A stretch of DNA of 32,000 bases, taken from assembly GCF_000400465.1 (NCBI RefSeq), contig NW_008806283.1, positions 1 through 32,000 of the forward strand. The letters are read 5' to 3'. Each line of letters begins with the position of its first letter. Within the stretch, counting starts at the first letter, position 1. Shown one piece after another: positions 12,231-23,305 of the stretch. The stretch is from Wallemia ichthyophaga EXF-994. Taxonomy: Eukaryota > Fungi > Basidiomycota. The notes beneath the pieces are model-generated. The model saw nothing but the letters and a program-made list of their open reading frames with translations, was not told the origin of the DNA and did no database searches. Made by a program: the position numbers and the translations under genes.

Positions 12231-13631
12231 ATGGAAGAACCAGGCGCTGCAGTCTTAATCGAAACGAGCCTTGGAGATATCGTTGTGAGATTATTTATAT
12301 TTATATTTTCATTTCTTAACCCGCAATATACCCCAGATTGATCTCTACACTAATGAATGTCCAATTACTACGCGCAACTTTCTTAAACTATGTAAAGTGT
12401 ATTTTTACAATCTAAACGCTTTCTTCAATGGTGCGTCGTTATCCTCCTTCAAATCTCGCTCTCATACTCCCCTCCAGTCTCCCACAACTTCTTAGCTCAA
12501 GTTGGTGATCCACTAGCTACTGGAAAAGGCGGTAATTCCATTCATGGCTTTATAAACAACCGTCTCGAGCTCTTTAAACCGGAGTTTAAACCTTCTTTGA
12601 AGCACAACGCTAGAGGTACTGTTTCAATGGCTGTTACTAAAGACTCTAATGGCCTTACTGGCTGTGCAAGTCAATTCTTTATCACACTCGCTGATAACAT
12701 CGACTACCTAGACAACCGTCATACCCCTTTTGGTCGCGTCGTTGAAGGTTTTGATACCTTAGATAAGCTGAATCAGGTTTACGTTGATGGTTCTGGCAGA
12801 CCTTATCAGGATGTACGTATACGTCATGTTGTCATCCTTGAAGACCCCTTCGATGATCCAAAAGGTCTGATCATCCCTGAAAACCCTCCCACAACTCCAC
12901 CAGATGTCTCAAATGGTTTGGTTAGAATTGGATCTGAAGAAAACATTGAAGAAGAAGATGAAGATACAAAGGAAACCCGGCGACGTGATCACGCTGCTTC
13001 AGCTTCAGCACTTACTTTGGAAATGGTCGGTGATCTCCCTTTCGCTGAGATAAGACCACCTGAGAATATCCTTTTCGTTTGCAAACTCAACCCTGTTACT
13101 AGAGACGAAGATTTGGAATTAATCTTTAGTAGATTCGGTACTATCCTCAGTTGCGAAGTTATTAGAGATAAGAATGACGGTAGCAGTCTCTGTTACGCTT
13201 TCATAGAATTTGATAAAAGGGAAGCTGCTGAAATGGCTTATTTCAAAATGCAAAATGTCTTGGTAGATGATAGGCGTATCTTTGTCGATTTCAGTCAGAG
13301 TGTGAGTAAGTTACATGGTGCGTGGGTTGGTGGTCAAGGAAAAAAAGGACGAAGTGAGAAAGTTGGCGTAGATGTAAGCTCAAGTGGACATGGAAGAAGA
13401 AACAGAAACACTGATATGGTATTTGATTTGCAAGATGTGGATAGAAGGAGAAAAGGTAATACAAGGAGAAGTCTTAGTCCGGAGAGTAGCAGAGGTGATT
13501 ATAGAGGTAGTTATCGAGATAGACACAGAGATAGTCATAGAGAGGGCTATAGAGATAGCTACAGAGATAGTAGAGACAACTACAAACACAGCTTTAGCCA
13601 GAGACGCACCCCCGACCACAGAAATAGATAG
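12231..13631 (+). CDS. PPIL4: Cyclophilin-RRM protein (PPIL4/Rct1/Cyp59); introns 12285..12336, 12431..12477
   Basis: N-terminal cyclophilin ([35 protein letters not shown]), RRM ([30 protein letters not shown]) and an Arg/Asp/Ser-rich tail. Confidence 0.93.
13491..13583 (+). repeat. Degenerate 12-nt tandem repeat encoding [31 protein letters not shown]
   Basis: Consensus AGA GAT AGT TAT; eight units read in the PPIL4 tail. Confidence 0.8.
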
Positions 13632-13660
13632 AAACATATATTTTCAAGTAAAAACACATA

Positions 13661-14231
13661 TTAATGTTGTATGCGCTTATGAATAGGGTCAGTTTTTTCG
13701 TGTATTTGAGGTTGATTTTCAGGGGAACCAGGGATATTCTTGTGGAGATTGAGGGAAGCAGCTACGCATTCATTGAGGCTACGTTCTTGATTTCTGCAAG
13801 GGAACAAGTACTAGGAATTGTAAGTAAAGGATATTACTAGATAAACCACAACAAACCTGGTTATTAAACTCTAAGCAATCAAAGTGAGACTTGAATTGAT
13901 TAAAGCAATGTTTGTTGATATCGTTGATGCTAAAAATTGACCAATTAGATTCATCAATTTCATGGCACGGATCGATGTATACTCACACAGATGATGCACA
14001 TCTAGTTACTTTTCTACCTTCTTTAAGGCAATCACCTGGGTTTGCGGATCCCTGCTTACACAGCATAAAGTCATCATTAAACTCCTTACACCTATCACCA
14101 ATGAAGAAAGAAGCAGATTTCAATGGAGCTGAAGTTGCACCAAGTTCATCTACGTGTGGAACATCTTTAGGCATTGGAGAAGGCTCAATGTACTCCTTCG
14201 AATTTAAAACTGCTTCCCTATGATCTGCCAT
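13661..14231 (-). CDS. NDUFA8: Complex I accessory subunit NDUFA8 (19/20.8 kDa, quadruple CX9C); introns 13986..13930, 13856..13811
   Basis: PHVDELGATSAPLKSASFFIGDRCKEFNDDFMLCK...CLKEGRKVTRCA; spliced exons add two more CX9C motifs (KHCFNQFKSHFDC, PCRNQERSLNEC). Confidence 0.93.
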
Positions 14232-14289
14232 TTTTCACCGAGTTGGAAGTGGTTCAAGTTGAAAGCAGACGTCCAACAACCAAATCAAA

Positions 14290-15676
14290 ATGGGTAAAAT
14301 TAAACAATCAAAATCTATTAAGCAGCAACAGCAACAGCAGCTACAACAACAGCCACTCCACAAGCAATTACAACAAGATGATGATATTCTTAAATTTGGT
14401 AAATTATCAAATAAACATTCAAATAATAAAGTAGACGATAATGATTTTGAATCACAAGAATCCTCAGTAATCGACCCAAAAACTTCATCTAAAATTCTAT
14501 CCTTAGCTAGGCAACAACAGCAAGATCTTGACAGGCAACATCTCTTAAATTCTTTATCAGATGATGATGAGCTTGATGAGGATAATTTTAAGCTTAAAGG
14601 CGATGATGTTGAAAAAGATGAGGTTGTGGAAGAGCCTACAAATGATACGGATACTGTAGATACCAACACAACCTTCAAACAACTCGATATAAATCCAGAA
14701 GATGAGCAAGCTATGAATACTTTCATGCCTCAAAACACCTCAAATCGTAGAACCCTCGCTGATCTCATTCTCGATAAGATAAATGCTCAATCCCAGCCAT
14801 CTCAACCTCCCCCAGAAAATACTTTATCCGACAAAGTAACTCAAGTTTACACTAAAGTTGGTCAACTTCTCTCACGCTACAAGTCTGGTCCACTCCCCAA
14901 AGCCTTCAAAATTATCCCTTCCCTCCCAAATTGGATCGCTATCCTTCAAATAACTGGCCCCGAATCTTGGTCCCCACATGCTACATACGCTGCAACAAGA
15001 TTGTTCGCTAGTAACCTCAAAGCTAATCAATCTAGACTCTTCTATCAACACGTCTTATTAGATAGATGTAGAGACAACCTCAACGATCCAAACACTAAAA
15101 ATATGGATGTACACCTCTACGACGCTCTCAGAAAGTCCCTCTACAAACCTGCTGCTTTCTTCAAAGGTATTCTTTTCCCTCTGTTAGAATCTCAATGCAC
15201 TCTCAAAGAAGCGGCCATCTTCGCGAGTGTTCTTAGTAAAACTTCTATCCCTGTTTTACATTCAGCTGCTGCTTTACTGCACTTAGCTGAAATGGATTAC
15301 ACCGGTCCTACTTCTCTATTCATTAGAGTATTGTTGGATAAAAAATATGCCCTCCCTTACAAAGTTTTAGACGGTTTAGTCTATCACTTCATGCGCTTCG
15401 CTAAATCTAATGAAAAGATGCCCGTTTTGTGGCATCAGTCGTTGCTAGTTTTTACACAGCGTTACTCAAGTGATCTAACACCAGAGCAGAAAGATGCCGT
15501 GAGTTTTGGTATTTTCTTCATCTATTCACTCACTCACAAAACCCTCACAGCTGCTCGATGTCGTCAAAATTAACGTACATCCACAAATTTCACCTGAAAT
15601 CAGAAGAGAAATACACAAATCTACTGAAAGAGCTCCAGGTATGATGCAGGATGAACCTATGGCTATGGCTATTTAG
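14290..15676 (+). CDS. ENP1: Bystin / Enp1 pre-40S assembly factor; intron 15499..15550
   Basis: SSKILSLARQQQ, RTLADLILDKI, LLSRYKSGPLPKAFKIIP, ALRKSLYKPAAFFKG, LLDKKYALP, LPV-like MPVLWHQSLLVF, and after splicing HPQISPEIRRE. Confidence 0.95.
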
Positions 15677-16840
15677 ATGGCTATTTATCCTTTCTTTGTA
15701 TAGAGGTTTTTATAATTGATGTAATTTATTCAGATGTTTATCCACTGTTCTATGATTCTCTCTAGTAAATAACCCAGCACTCACTCCAGCACCTCCCCTA
15801 TCACCTCTCCGGAAGTTATCTCACCCACAGTTAGATTGTTTCCAATGCTATCCAGTCGCAGTATTACTATGAGTATCGTTGTTAGCACATTTGATGGTTT
15901 CATTTTAAAGATCTTGACTGTTGCTGTTATTGCCGCGTTTGGTATCTAGCCGCGTTTAACATCTCGCTCGCCTTCTCATCGCCGACTTTGGAATGAATAG
16001 CAAAACATTTATATAAAGACACTTCGGCTACCTCTTTTCATCAATTATTAAAATCAAACACCTTCTCTAATAATTCCTTGTACCACGCTATTTCTGAGGT
16101 ATATCCACCTTTATATAAGAAATTTTGTATATCTTTTTCAAAATATGGTGACGCATAGTCAGCCAATATTTCTTCTGTCTTGATTCTGAGAGTGGGAAGC
16201 AATCGAACCACATCAAAGCGTGGCCACGAAGAAATGTACTTGAGAGTAATCCACTGTAATCTACCTATGGGTGCAGCTCAAAGTATATGTCTATTTGCAA
16301 ACCGAATATCGTATGTGTGCCTTTATTTGCTCTCATTTCATAAGCAGTCTCAGATTCATTTCATTGGAGGTGGACAGTATGATAACAGACGTATTGAGTA
16401 AGAGACGTTGAAGATGTGTCCCTAACATTTATACTCAGTAGTTGCAAAAGCATTTCTGGCTTCGTGTGAGATACGTATGGCTTTAAGGAGCATTATAGAG
16501 ACTGGAAGTGAAATATCTCTCTGACCACGAGATGAAAGAAAATCAAAGAAGAAACGTAAAAGCAGAAGTGACACTAATTTATGGAACAAGACCTTACGTA
16601 TTATGTCGATAAATGTAGGTAAATTGGGTTTAGAGAAGCATTTGCGATTAGCTATGCAAATTGATAAGTCAATAAAGATTCTTAGGAAATTTATTCAGTA
16701 TGAGGCTTATTTGATATGTATTTTGTCACTCGCTCGGTCGATACAAGATATGACTGAACAAAGACCAAGACATCAAAGCAAACAGTACAACAAGGTCTAA
16801 GAAAAAGCTGCAAATGAGAAATACATATCAATGACAGAAA

Positions 16841-17685
16841 CTATACGTCACCCGCGCCAATCTCCAAACCACTTCCAATACCTGCCTTTCCTTTACCCTG
16901 AGGACCTTTGCCATCTCTCCAATCGGGCACGTCTGTGAGGTTCATACGCCTTCTGAGATCTCCGAGGTCACTTTCCCATTCATTTTCCCAATATATGCCC
17001 ATCAACGGGCCGCACCTGATACCCTGTCTAATAGCCCAAGGACCTGAGTGAGTGAAAAGGTTCTGTCTCTGCCAGCCATGCCTCAGTCTAAGAGGACCGA
17101 AAGCGCTAGAAAGACCGGCGACAGGTAGATTAAAATGAGAGAATTCGAACCATTTGATGATAAGTTCTGAGAGGATATCGACTCTCTGACCGAGGAGAAG
17201 GTGGTATAGATCATGACTCTCTCTATAGCGTTGTACGATGTAAGCGAGCTCTTCGTCGTTGATGTAATGCACGGGATCGCGAGTATCGGGAGTAACGCCA
17301 CAGCGTTCGAGCCACAACGAGTATTCCTTACCTAGAGTACCTCTAGACATACCTTTAAGGGCATTCAAATCGACGCTTTTCGTTGAAATCCGCGGACGTT
17401 CAGCTAGAATGCGCCTGCCAGTGTCTGTGGCTAGCATGCCACCGCGCATCTGCTGGAGAAGGGGAGTTGGAGTGGAAGTTTCTGTAAGAGTGGCTAGCAT
17501 GTCTGGAGAGTTGTGAGTAGTGCGTGGTGTACATTATAATAACCGCACTCACCATGTCTGTATACGTCTACGAGGGATACCACAGCACTGCCTGCAGCGA
17601 GAAACAGGTTTTCTAATTTACCGATTGGATAGTGTCCAGGATACGCGGGTGAGCGCTTGGTGAAGCAGCGGAGCGTTGAGTTCAT
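16841..17685 (-). CDS. COQ4: Ubiquinone biosynthesis protein Coq4; intron 17552..17503
   Basis: Presequence-like MNSTLRCFTKRS, YPGHYP, GRRILAERPRI, TPDTRDPVHYI and the metal motif RYRESHDLYH...E. Confidence 0.93.
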
Positions 17686-17743
17686 TGGGGCGTTGGTGAT
17701 TGTTATTCTCCATCCACCACCAACGACCAACAACCACCAGGAC

Positions 17744-18895
17744 ATGGATACACGGACTCACACACAAGCCAAGACGGTCCCACCACGCAGCGAGCATCCA
17801 CCGCTGAAATCGTGCCGATCAGTGAACAACTACGAGCGGCTAAACCACATTGAAGAAGGCACATATGGAATCGTATTCAGAGCGCGATGTAAGAATACCG
17901 GTGAGGTTGTGGCGCTAAAGAGGCTGAAATTGGAGGAGGAAAAGTACGGATTTCCTATAACATCATTACGTGAGATACACTCTTTGTTAATCTGTCAGCA
18001 CCCGCATATCGTAAATGTGCGGGAAATAGTCGTAGGCGACACACTCAATCAGATATACATAGTAATGGACTTTGTAGAGCACGATCTAAAGACTCTAATG
18101 CAGACGATGCCCGAGCCTTTCTTGATTTCCGAGGTCAAGACACTGCTGAGGCAGCTGCTCGAGGCGACAGCGCACGCGCACTCCAATTGGATACTCCACC
18201 GCGATCTCAAGGCGAGTAATCTGTTGATAAACAACCGAGGCCAGATCAAGGTGGCTGATTTTGGTATGGCTAGACGCTACGCTGAGCCAGTCGATGAAAT
18301 GACGCAGCTGGTTGTGACGCTGTGGTATAGAGCACCGGAGATTCTCCTCGGGGAGAAAAGATACACAACGGCCGTGGATGTGTGGAGCATTGGCTGTATT
18401 TTCGGGGAACTCATCACAAGCGAGCCATTGTTCGGTGGTCGCAGTGAACTCGAGCAGATCAAATTGATATTCTCACTGCTAGGACAGCCCAGTGAGGATA
18501 TTTGGAGGGGATTCAATAAGCTGCCCCACGCCAAGTCGATAAACACGTCGCAATTCCCACTATACAGCTCATTGAGACAGCATTACAAGATACTGTCAGA
18601 TAAGGGATTAGATTTGATGTCAAGATTGCTCGCATACGACCCCAAGAAACGGATATCGTGTGCCGACGCACTCGAGCATCCTTATTTCAGGTGGGTCGGG
18701 AGTGACTGTTGATACGTGGCTCGCCAGGCTCACCAATCTCACAGCGAATCGCCCCTGCCTAAACACCCAGATCTCTTCTCGTCGTTCCCGTCCGTCGCAG
18801 CGGGTGAACAGCGCGTCGACTACAGCAGGAGCAGGAGTCCCGGGCGTGAAAGAGGCTATGGCTTTGGGAGGGTTGCTGGGTACGAATTTGTTTAG
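17744..18895 (+). CDS. CDK11: CDK11/PITSLRE cyclin-dependent kinase; intron 18691..18744
   Basis: IEEGTYG, FPITSLRE, HRDLK, DFG, VVTLWYRAPE; spliced C-terminus YFSESPLPKHP. Confidence 0.93.
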
Positions 18896-18938
18896 AATGA
18901 AAATTTCTTCATTGCGTCATCCTTGATTGCCACCGACG

Positions 18939-20927
18939 ATGAGATATTCCCCCGTCGCAAGATGGCAGATAGTGCACACGAATCCAGTTGAGCTGTGGAG
19001 ATCCAAGGTTGGCTAGTGCGTTGTCGCATGGCTGCAGCACTCAGCTTACGCAGCCACGCAGGTAGCGCTCGGAGAAATACAGCCCGATCAGTCTCAGCTA
19101 GCGACGCTTACGCGGCTGAAAGAGCATCATCGGGAGCTAGCCAGCTACACGCCGCCGCTGGAGCTTCTCAGCAGTCTGTCGCCGATCGCGGCAGTAATCC
19201 GCGACCACTCCGGGTACAGCTGGAGAGCGGCGTTGCGGAGGGCGGTGAAAGGGCGCGCGGGTAACGAGGTTGAGGATGCTGAGCACCTACAGCAGCAGAA
19301 ACAGACTGCGCTTGTCCGCTCTCTCACCAACTCCGAGGCCCTCGAGGAGCTGCAGACACCCAAGGGAATCCTCCTCTATGGCGATCCAGGCAGCGGAAAG
19401 TCCCTTCTCCTCGATATCTGGTTTGGCAGCTTGCCCACTCCTCGCAAATCCCGCATGCATTACCACAGCTTCATGGCCCTTGTTTTTAGGATCAGCTGGG
19501 AGGAGTCTCTCAGACGACAACAGGGGGCTACGTTGAAGGGCGAGCGCGATGGACAGGCTGCACACGCTACTGCCACCACCCAAGAGGCGGAAAATGCACT
19601 CATGATGCACACGTCCATCGCTTTCGCCGTCGCTCGCAGACTGTTTCTCCACCACGGCCACATTCTCTACCTAGATGAGCTCCAGATGGTCGATATAGCC
19701 TCCGCGGTGCTTCTGCGCGACACGCTCAGCTGGTTTCTCCGTTTCGGCGGTGTGTTGCTATCGACAACCAACAAACCGCCTTCGCAACTCTACGGGAAGG
19801 GTAGCGTGGGGAGTGGAGGGATGACAGATTTTCTCTATGCGCTCGAGCGGCGCTGCGACGGACTGGAGGTCGATAGTGGAGTGGACTACAGGACGACCAA
19901 GGAGAGCGGTATTGCGACGTGGTTTGTCGGAGACTCGAACCGCGTGGAGTTTGAACGCGTCGCAGGCGCGGTGATGCCGTCACCCGTGCACGCCACTCGG
20001 CTAGTTGTGTACGGACGCGAGCTTGTCGTTTCTCGCGCGGCTGACCGAGTAGCGAGATTCACATTTGGAGAGCTGTGCGATAGTGTGAGTGGGTGTTAGG
20101 TGTCGGTACTCCCCCTATCTAACGAGACAACAACACAACAGCCACTTGGACCCGCCGATTACTTAGCGCTGTCGTGTGCGTTTCACACGCTTATCGTCGA
20201 TGATATACCTGTTTTACATCTTGCACAAAAAAACCAGGCGAGACGGTTCATTACCCTCATAGACGCTCTCTACGAGGCAAAATGCAGGTTAGTGGGATGG
20301 GCAGAAGATGACATTACGTCGCTCTTCTTTCCCCCGTCGACGAATAACAAGCACGCAGACGCACGCGACTCGTTAGCGTACGAGAGTGTTTCTGAAGGTA
20401 TAGAAGCGCAGTCAGCCCCACATGTCGCTAGTGCTGGCACCGTGAGTGATCTTTTGCCTAAATTTACCCAGACCACCACGCAGCTCGACGGTTTGGGTAT
20501 ACTCTCGGGCGAGGATGAGAAATTCGCTTACAGACGGGCTGTTTCGAGATTGAGTGAGATGCGCTCACACAGCTACCTCACTCAACACCCCAATCGGTGG
20601 ATCAGCTTGCCCGCGTCGAGTAGAGTGTGGGAGAGGAGTGTTAATGTTACGCGGAGTGTGGCGAATGTGGGGCAGACTAGTAGCACAATGGCACACCCAG
20701 CACATTGCGATTTCAGCGACGAATACAGCAATCCCGCTGGCATGTCTCAGCGCAGAAATGCACCAGTCTTCTCGGATAATCACGTCTGGGGCGTGAGAGA
20801 TGATCACGGGATGGCGTCGGGAGCGTGGGGCATGGGCAGTAAGGCGTTCGAGAACTCGGATGGCGCGAGAGTGGAACGAGCACGACGCGAACATAGGAAA
20901 AGTCAGCGGATGGCTCGGAGAAAATGA
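18939..20927 (+). CDS. AFG1: Afg1/LACE1/ZapE-family mitochondrial AAA+ ATPase; introns 19008..19061, 20085..20141
   Basis: Walker A GDPGSGKS, RMHYHSFM, Walker B LYLDELQMVD, LGPADYL, ARRFITLIDALYE, FAYRRAVSRLSEM. Intron 1 removes the in-frame TAG at 19014 and gives TNPVELWRSK-VALGEIQPDQSQ. Confidence 0.87.
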
Positions 20928-21002
20928 ATAAATATGATTGCATTAGTACAACAAGTGAGTGTGAATTGTGTAGTTCTATTGATGGGTGGTTGGTATACAT
21001 GA

Positions 21003-21926
21003 TCACGCTGTGGTCATGGCAGACTGATTCCACCAGTCGCCAGCTGAGGCAGGTGTGGGTGTGCTGCTAGAGTTGACATCCACAGTATTTTTCTTCTTGC
21101 CGCCATTGTTGCTTTTCTTGCCACTTGAACCCTTCTTGCCGCCCTTCTTGGCCTGGAATATCTTAGCTTGTCGAGCAAGAGTAGCCTCCCAGAGGGACTG
21201 GTATCGCTTGTAAACTTCCATCGTAGCCTGTGCATCTATCACAGAGCTGTGTTCGTTCTCCTGAATGTCAATACCCAATACCAACTTAGCCAGTGCTTTC
21301 AATTTCGGTCTTTTAGTTTTAGCTATAGAGTGGAGCTGCTCGTATTTAGCAGTGTCACGTATAGACAGGGGAGGGTGAGTGAGAAGGAGGGCTTTAAGGT
21401 CGTTAGCGATCGCGTGACCGACGAGAATACGATTGTGGAGTAAATCTGAGACGTGTTTTTGTACGTGGGAGAAGGTGGGTGCTTTCTCAACGTCTTTGAA
21501 TGTCACACCACTAACCCAGGTACGAAAATCAGTCACTTTCTCCACTGGACGGACAAAGGTGTCGTAGATGACAGCACCGTGGTAGTTGACGATGGAGACG
21601 CGTGCGAGAACGCTCTCTTCACCGTCTCTACCCACGCCAACCATTTCACAATCCATTGCTAGATATTTGCCTATTTCTGCCTTAATCCCGGAGACTTGGG
21701 TGGGGAGGATGGATGGCGTAGGTTTAGCGAGAGTGGTGTGTGTAGTTTGTATATCCTGTGTATCGTGTGCATCGTTATCGTAATTCGACATTCTCGTCTT
21801 CTTCTCTGTATTGCTACTACTACTAATACTCCCACTGCGTTTACGTTTTGGGTGGTGGTTCTCACTAGCGACAGGCTTAGGCAGTTTCTTCTTAAGGTTC
21901 AGCCAATTGGACGAGGCTTGACTCAT
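21003..21926 (-). CDS. REX4: RNA exonuclease 4 (DEDDh), intronless
   Basis: SSNW..LKK N-terminus, [44 protein letters not shown]. Confidence 0.93.
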   Translation of the reverse strand: MSQASSNWLNLKKKLPKPVASENHHPKRKRSGSISSSSNTEKKTRMSNYDNDAHDTQDIQTTHTTLAKPTPSILPTQVSGIKAEIGKYLAMDCEMVGVGRDGEESVLARVSIVNYHGAVIYDTFVRPVEKVTDFRTWVSGVTFKDVEKAPTFSHVQKHVSDLLHNRILVGHAIANDLKALLLTHPPLSIRDTAKYEQLHSIAKTKRPKLKALAKLVLGIDIQENEHSSVIDAQATMEVYKRYQSLWEATLARQAKIFQAKKGGKKGSSGKKSNNGGKKKNTVDVNSSSTPTPASAGDWWNQSAMTTA

Positions 21927-22008
21927 TAATTTTATCGCTCAAATTTAACCGCGTGGTCGATGGCCGTAGCGGAGAAGACGCTAACGACGATCAAGTTTCT
22001 CGTGAAAA

Positions 22009-23284
22009 ATGGCCAACAAGGAAATTTCATGTGGGGAATGGGTATTTGAGTAGTTTTAAGCCATTGACACACCCACTCACAGCCACCGTACTCCTCGTAC
22101 ATGCATTTTTACTCGCGAACAAACTCGATAAAACTGCAGCAAGGCTCTTGAAGGAGGTCCAAGGTAGTAGCGAGGTGGAGCTCGATGAGGCTAAACTGGC
22201 TAGCAGCAGGGATGATCCCAAGGGCAACCTGATTGTAGAGGCCGTTGCTGCTAAACTCGATCAGGCGAGGAAGGAAGCTGAGCAAGGCGAAGGCAGTGAC
22301 AGTGACAGTGACAGTGATAGCTCCAGCGACAGCTCCAGTGAAGACGAGAAAGTGAAGAAACCTGCTGCTATCAAGTCTTCACCTGCAAAGACACAGGCAC
22401 CTGCTGCACCAGCCAAAAAGCCAGTAAGCAGCAGCAGCAGTAGCAGCAGTAGCAGTAGCTCCTCAGACAGCTCGGATAGCGAGGATGAGAAGAAACCAGC
22501 TGCGAAGAATGTCTCAGCTGCAACGACCCAGACGCAGACAAAGGCACAGGCGGCACCAGCTAAAAAAGCAGCCAGTGATTCTGATTCTGACTCTGATTCT
22601 GACTCTGATTCATCCAGCGAGGATGAAAAAAAGCCAGCTGCTAAAAAGGTCTCACCTGTGAAGGAGCAGGAGCAGAAAAAGGAACAAAAGCAAGCTAAAA
22701 CAGCCGCAGCTAAGAAAGATTCAAGTAGTAGTAGTAGTAGCAGCAGCAGCTCAGACTCGGATTCAGACTCGGATTCGGACAAGAAAAAGAATGACAAGGT
22801 AGTGGCTGTAACACCCTCTGTACCATCATCTGCCACTAAGAAACGCAAAGCTAGCTCATCTAGCGACTCATCAAGCTCTTCAAGCTCCTCAGACTCAAGT
22901 GAAGATGAAAAAACTGACAAAAACACCACCGTCAAGAAGCAAAAAGTGGACGATAACACGGTCGTAGAGAATAAAGAATCATCAACACCAACATCCAAAG
23001 CAGTCACACAAACAACGACAAGCACCAGTAAGCCACAAGGAAAAGGTCAAAACGATCGCTTCAGAAGGGTTATTGCGGAAGATGTTCAATTCCACGATAA
23101 CAGACTTGCAGATAATTCATTCGAGGGTATTGGTTTGTCAGACAAGGATTTCGGTCACAAGGCAGCTTCCGATCTTGCCCCAACCAAGGGAGCAGGTTTT
23201 AGGAAGGAGAAGAATAAGAAGAAGAGAGGTAGTTATAAGGGAGGTGAGATATATATGGGCAGCAATTCCATCAAGTTTGATTGA
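22009..23284 (+). CDS. SRP40: Srp40/Nopp140-like nucleolar phosphoprotein; intron 22031..22082
   Basis: LisH-like N-terminus (LVHAFLLANKLDKTA), alternating Ser/Asp acidic and Lys/Ala/Pro basic blocks, and the SRP40_C tail GFRKEKNKKKRGSYKGGEI..NSIKF. The upstream ORF-track start is GTG; ATG 22009 plus the intron gives MANKEISSTVLL. Confidence 0.88.
22295..22890 (+). repeat. Coding microsatellites in SRP40: (AGTGAC)n, (AGC/AGT)n, (GAYTCT)n, (TCAGACTCGGAT)n
   Basis: Read directly at 22295, about 22427, 22577-22612, 22724-22750 and 22751-22780. Confidence 0.85.
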
Positions 23285-23305
23285 GTGTAGTGGATTGTAA
23301 TCTAT

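Noticed and set aside
12421-12512. Cyclophilin lacks the catalytic Arg (FFNVSHNF instead of FHRVIxxF)
   Set aside because: Arg-to-Asn at this site is a known PPIL4-family trait.
16199-16209. B-box-like GGTTCGATTGC on the minus strand (tRNA/SINE?)
   Set aside because: The flanks do not form a T-stem or acceptor stem and there is no convincing A-box; similar B-box-like strings near 2891 and 14251 fail too.
14232-17743. Two divergent spacers of exactly 58 bp
   Set aside because: No sequence similarity between them; treated as coincidence apart from the shared phase reported above.
19014-19016. In-frame TAG in AFG1 suggesting a pseudogene or readthrough
   Set aside because: It lies inside a 54-nt phase-0 GT-AG intron (19008..19061) whose removal gives a continuous family-like sequence.
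22261-23025. 254-aa antisense ORF, plus other long opposite-strand ORFs (14235..14726, 4793..5182, 7393..7830 on the same strand, 28859..29341)
   Set aside because: Shadows or alternative frames of real, often low-complexity, coding sequence; no recognisable motifs.
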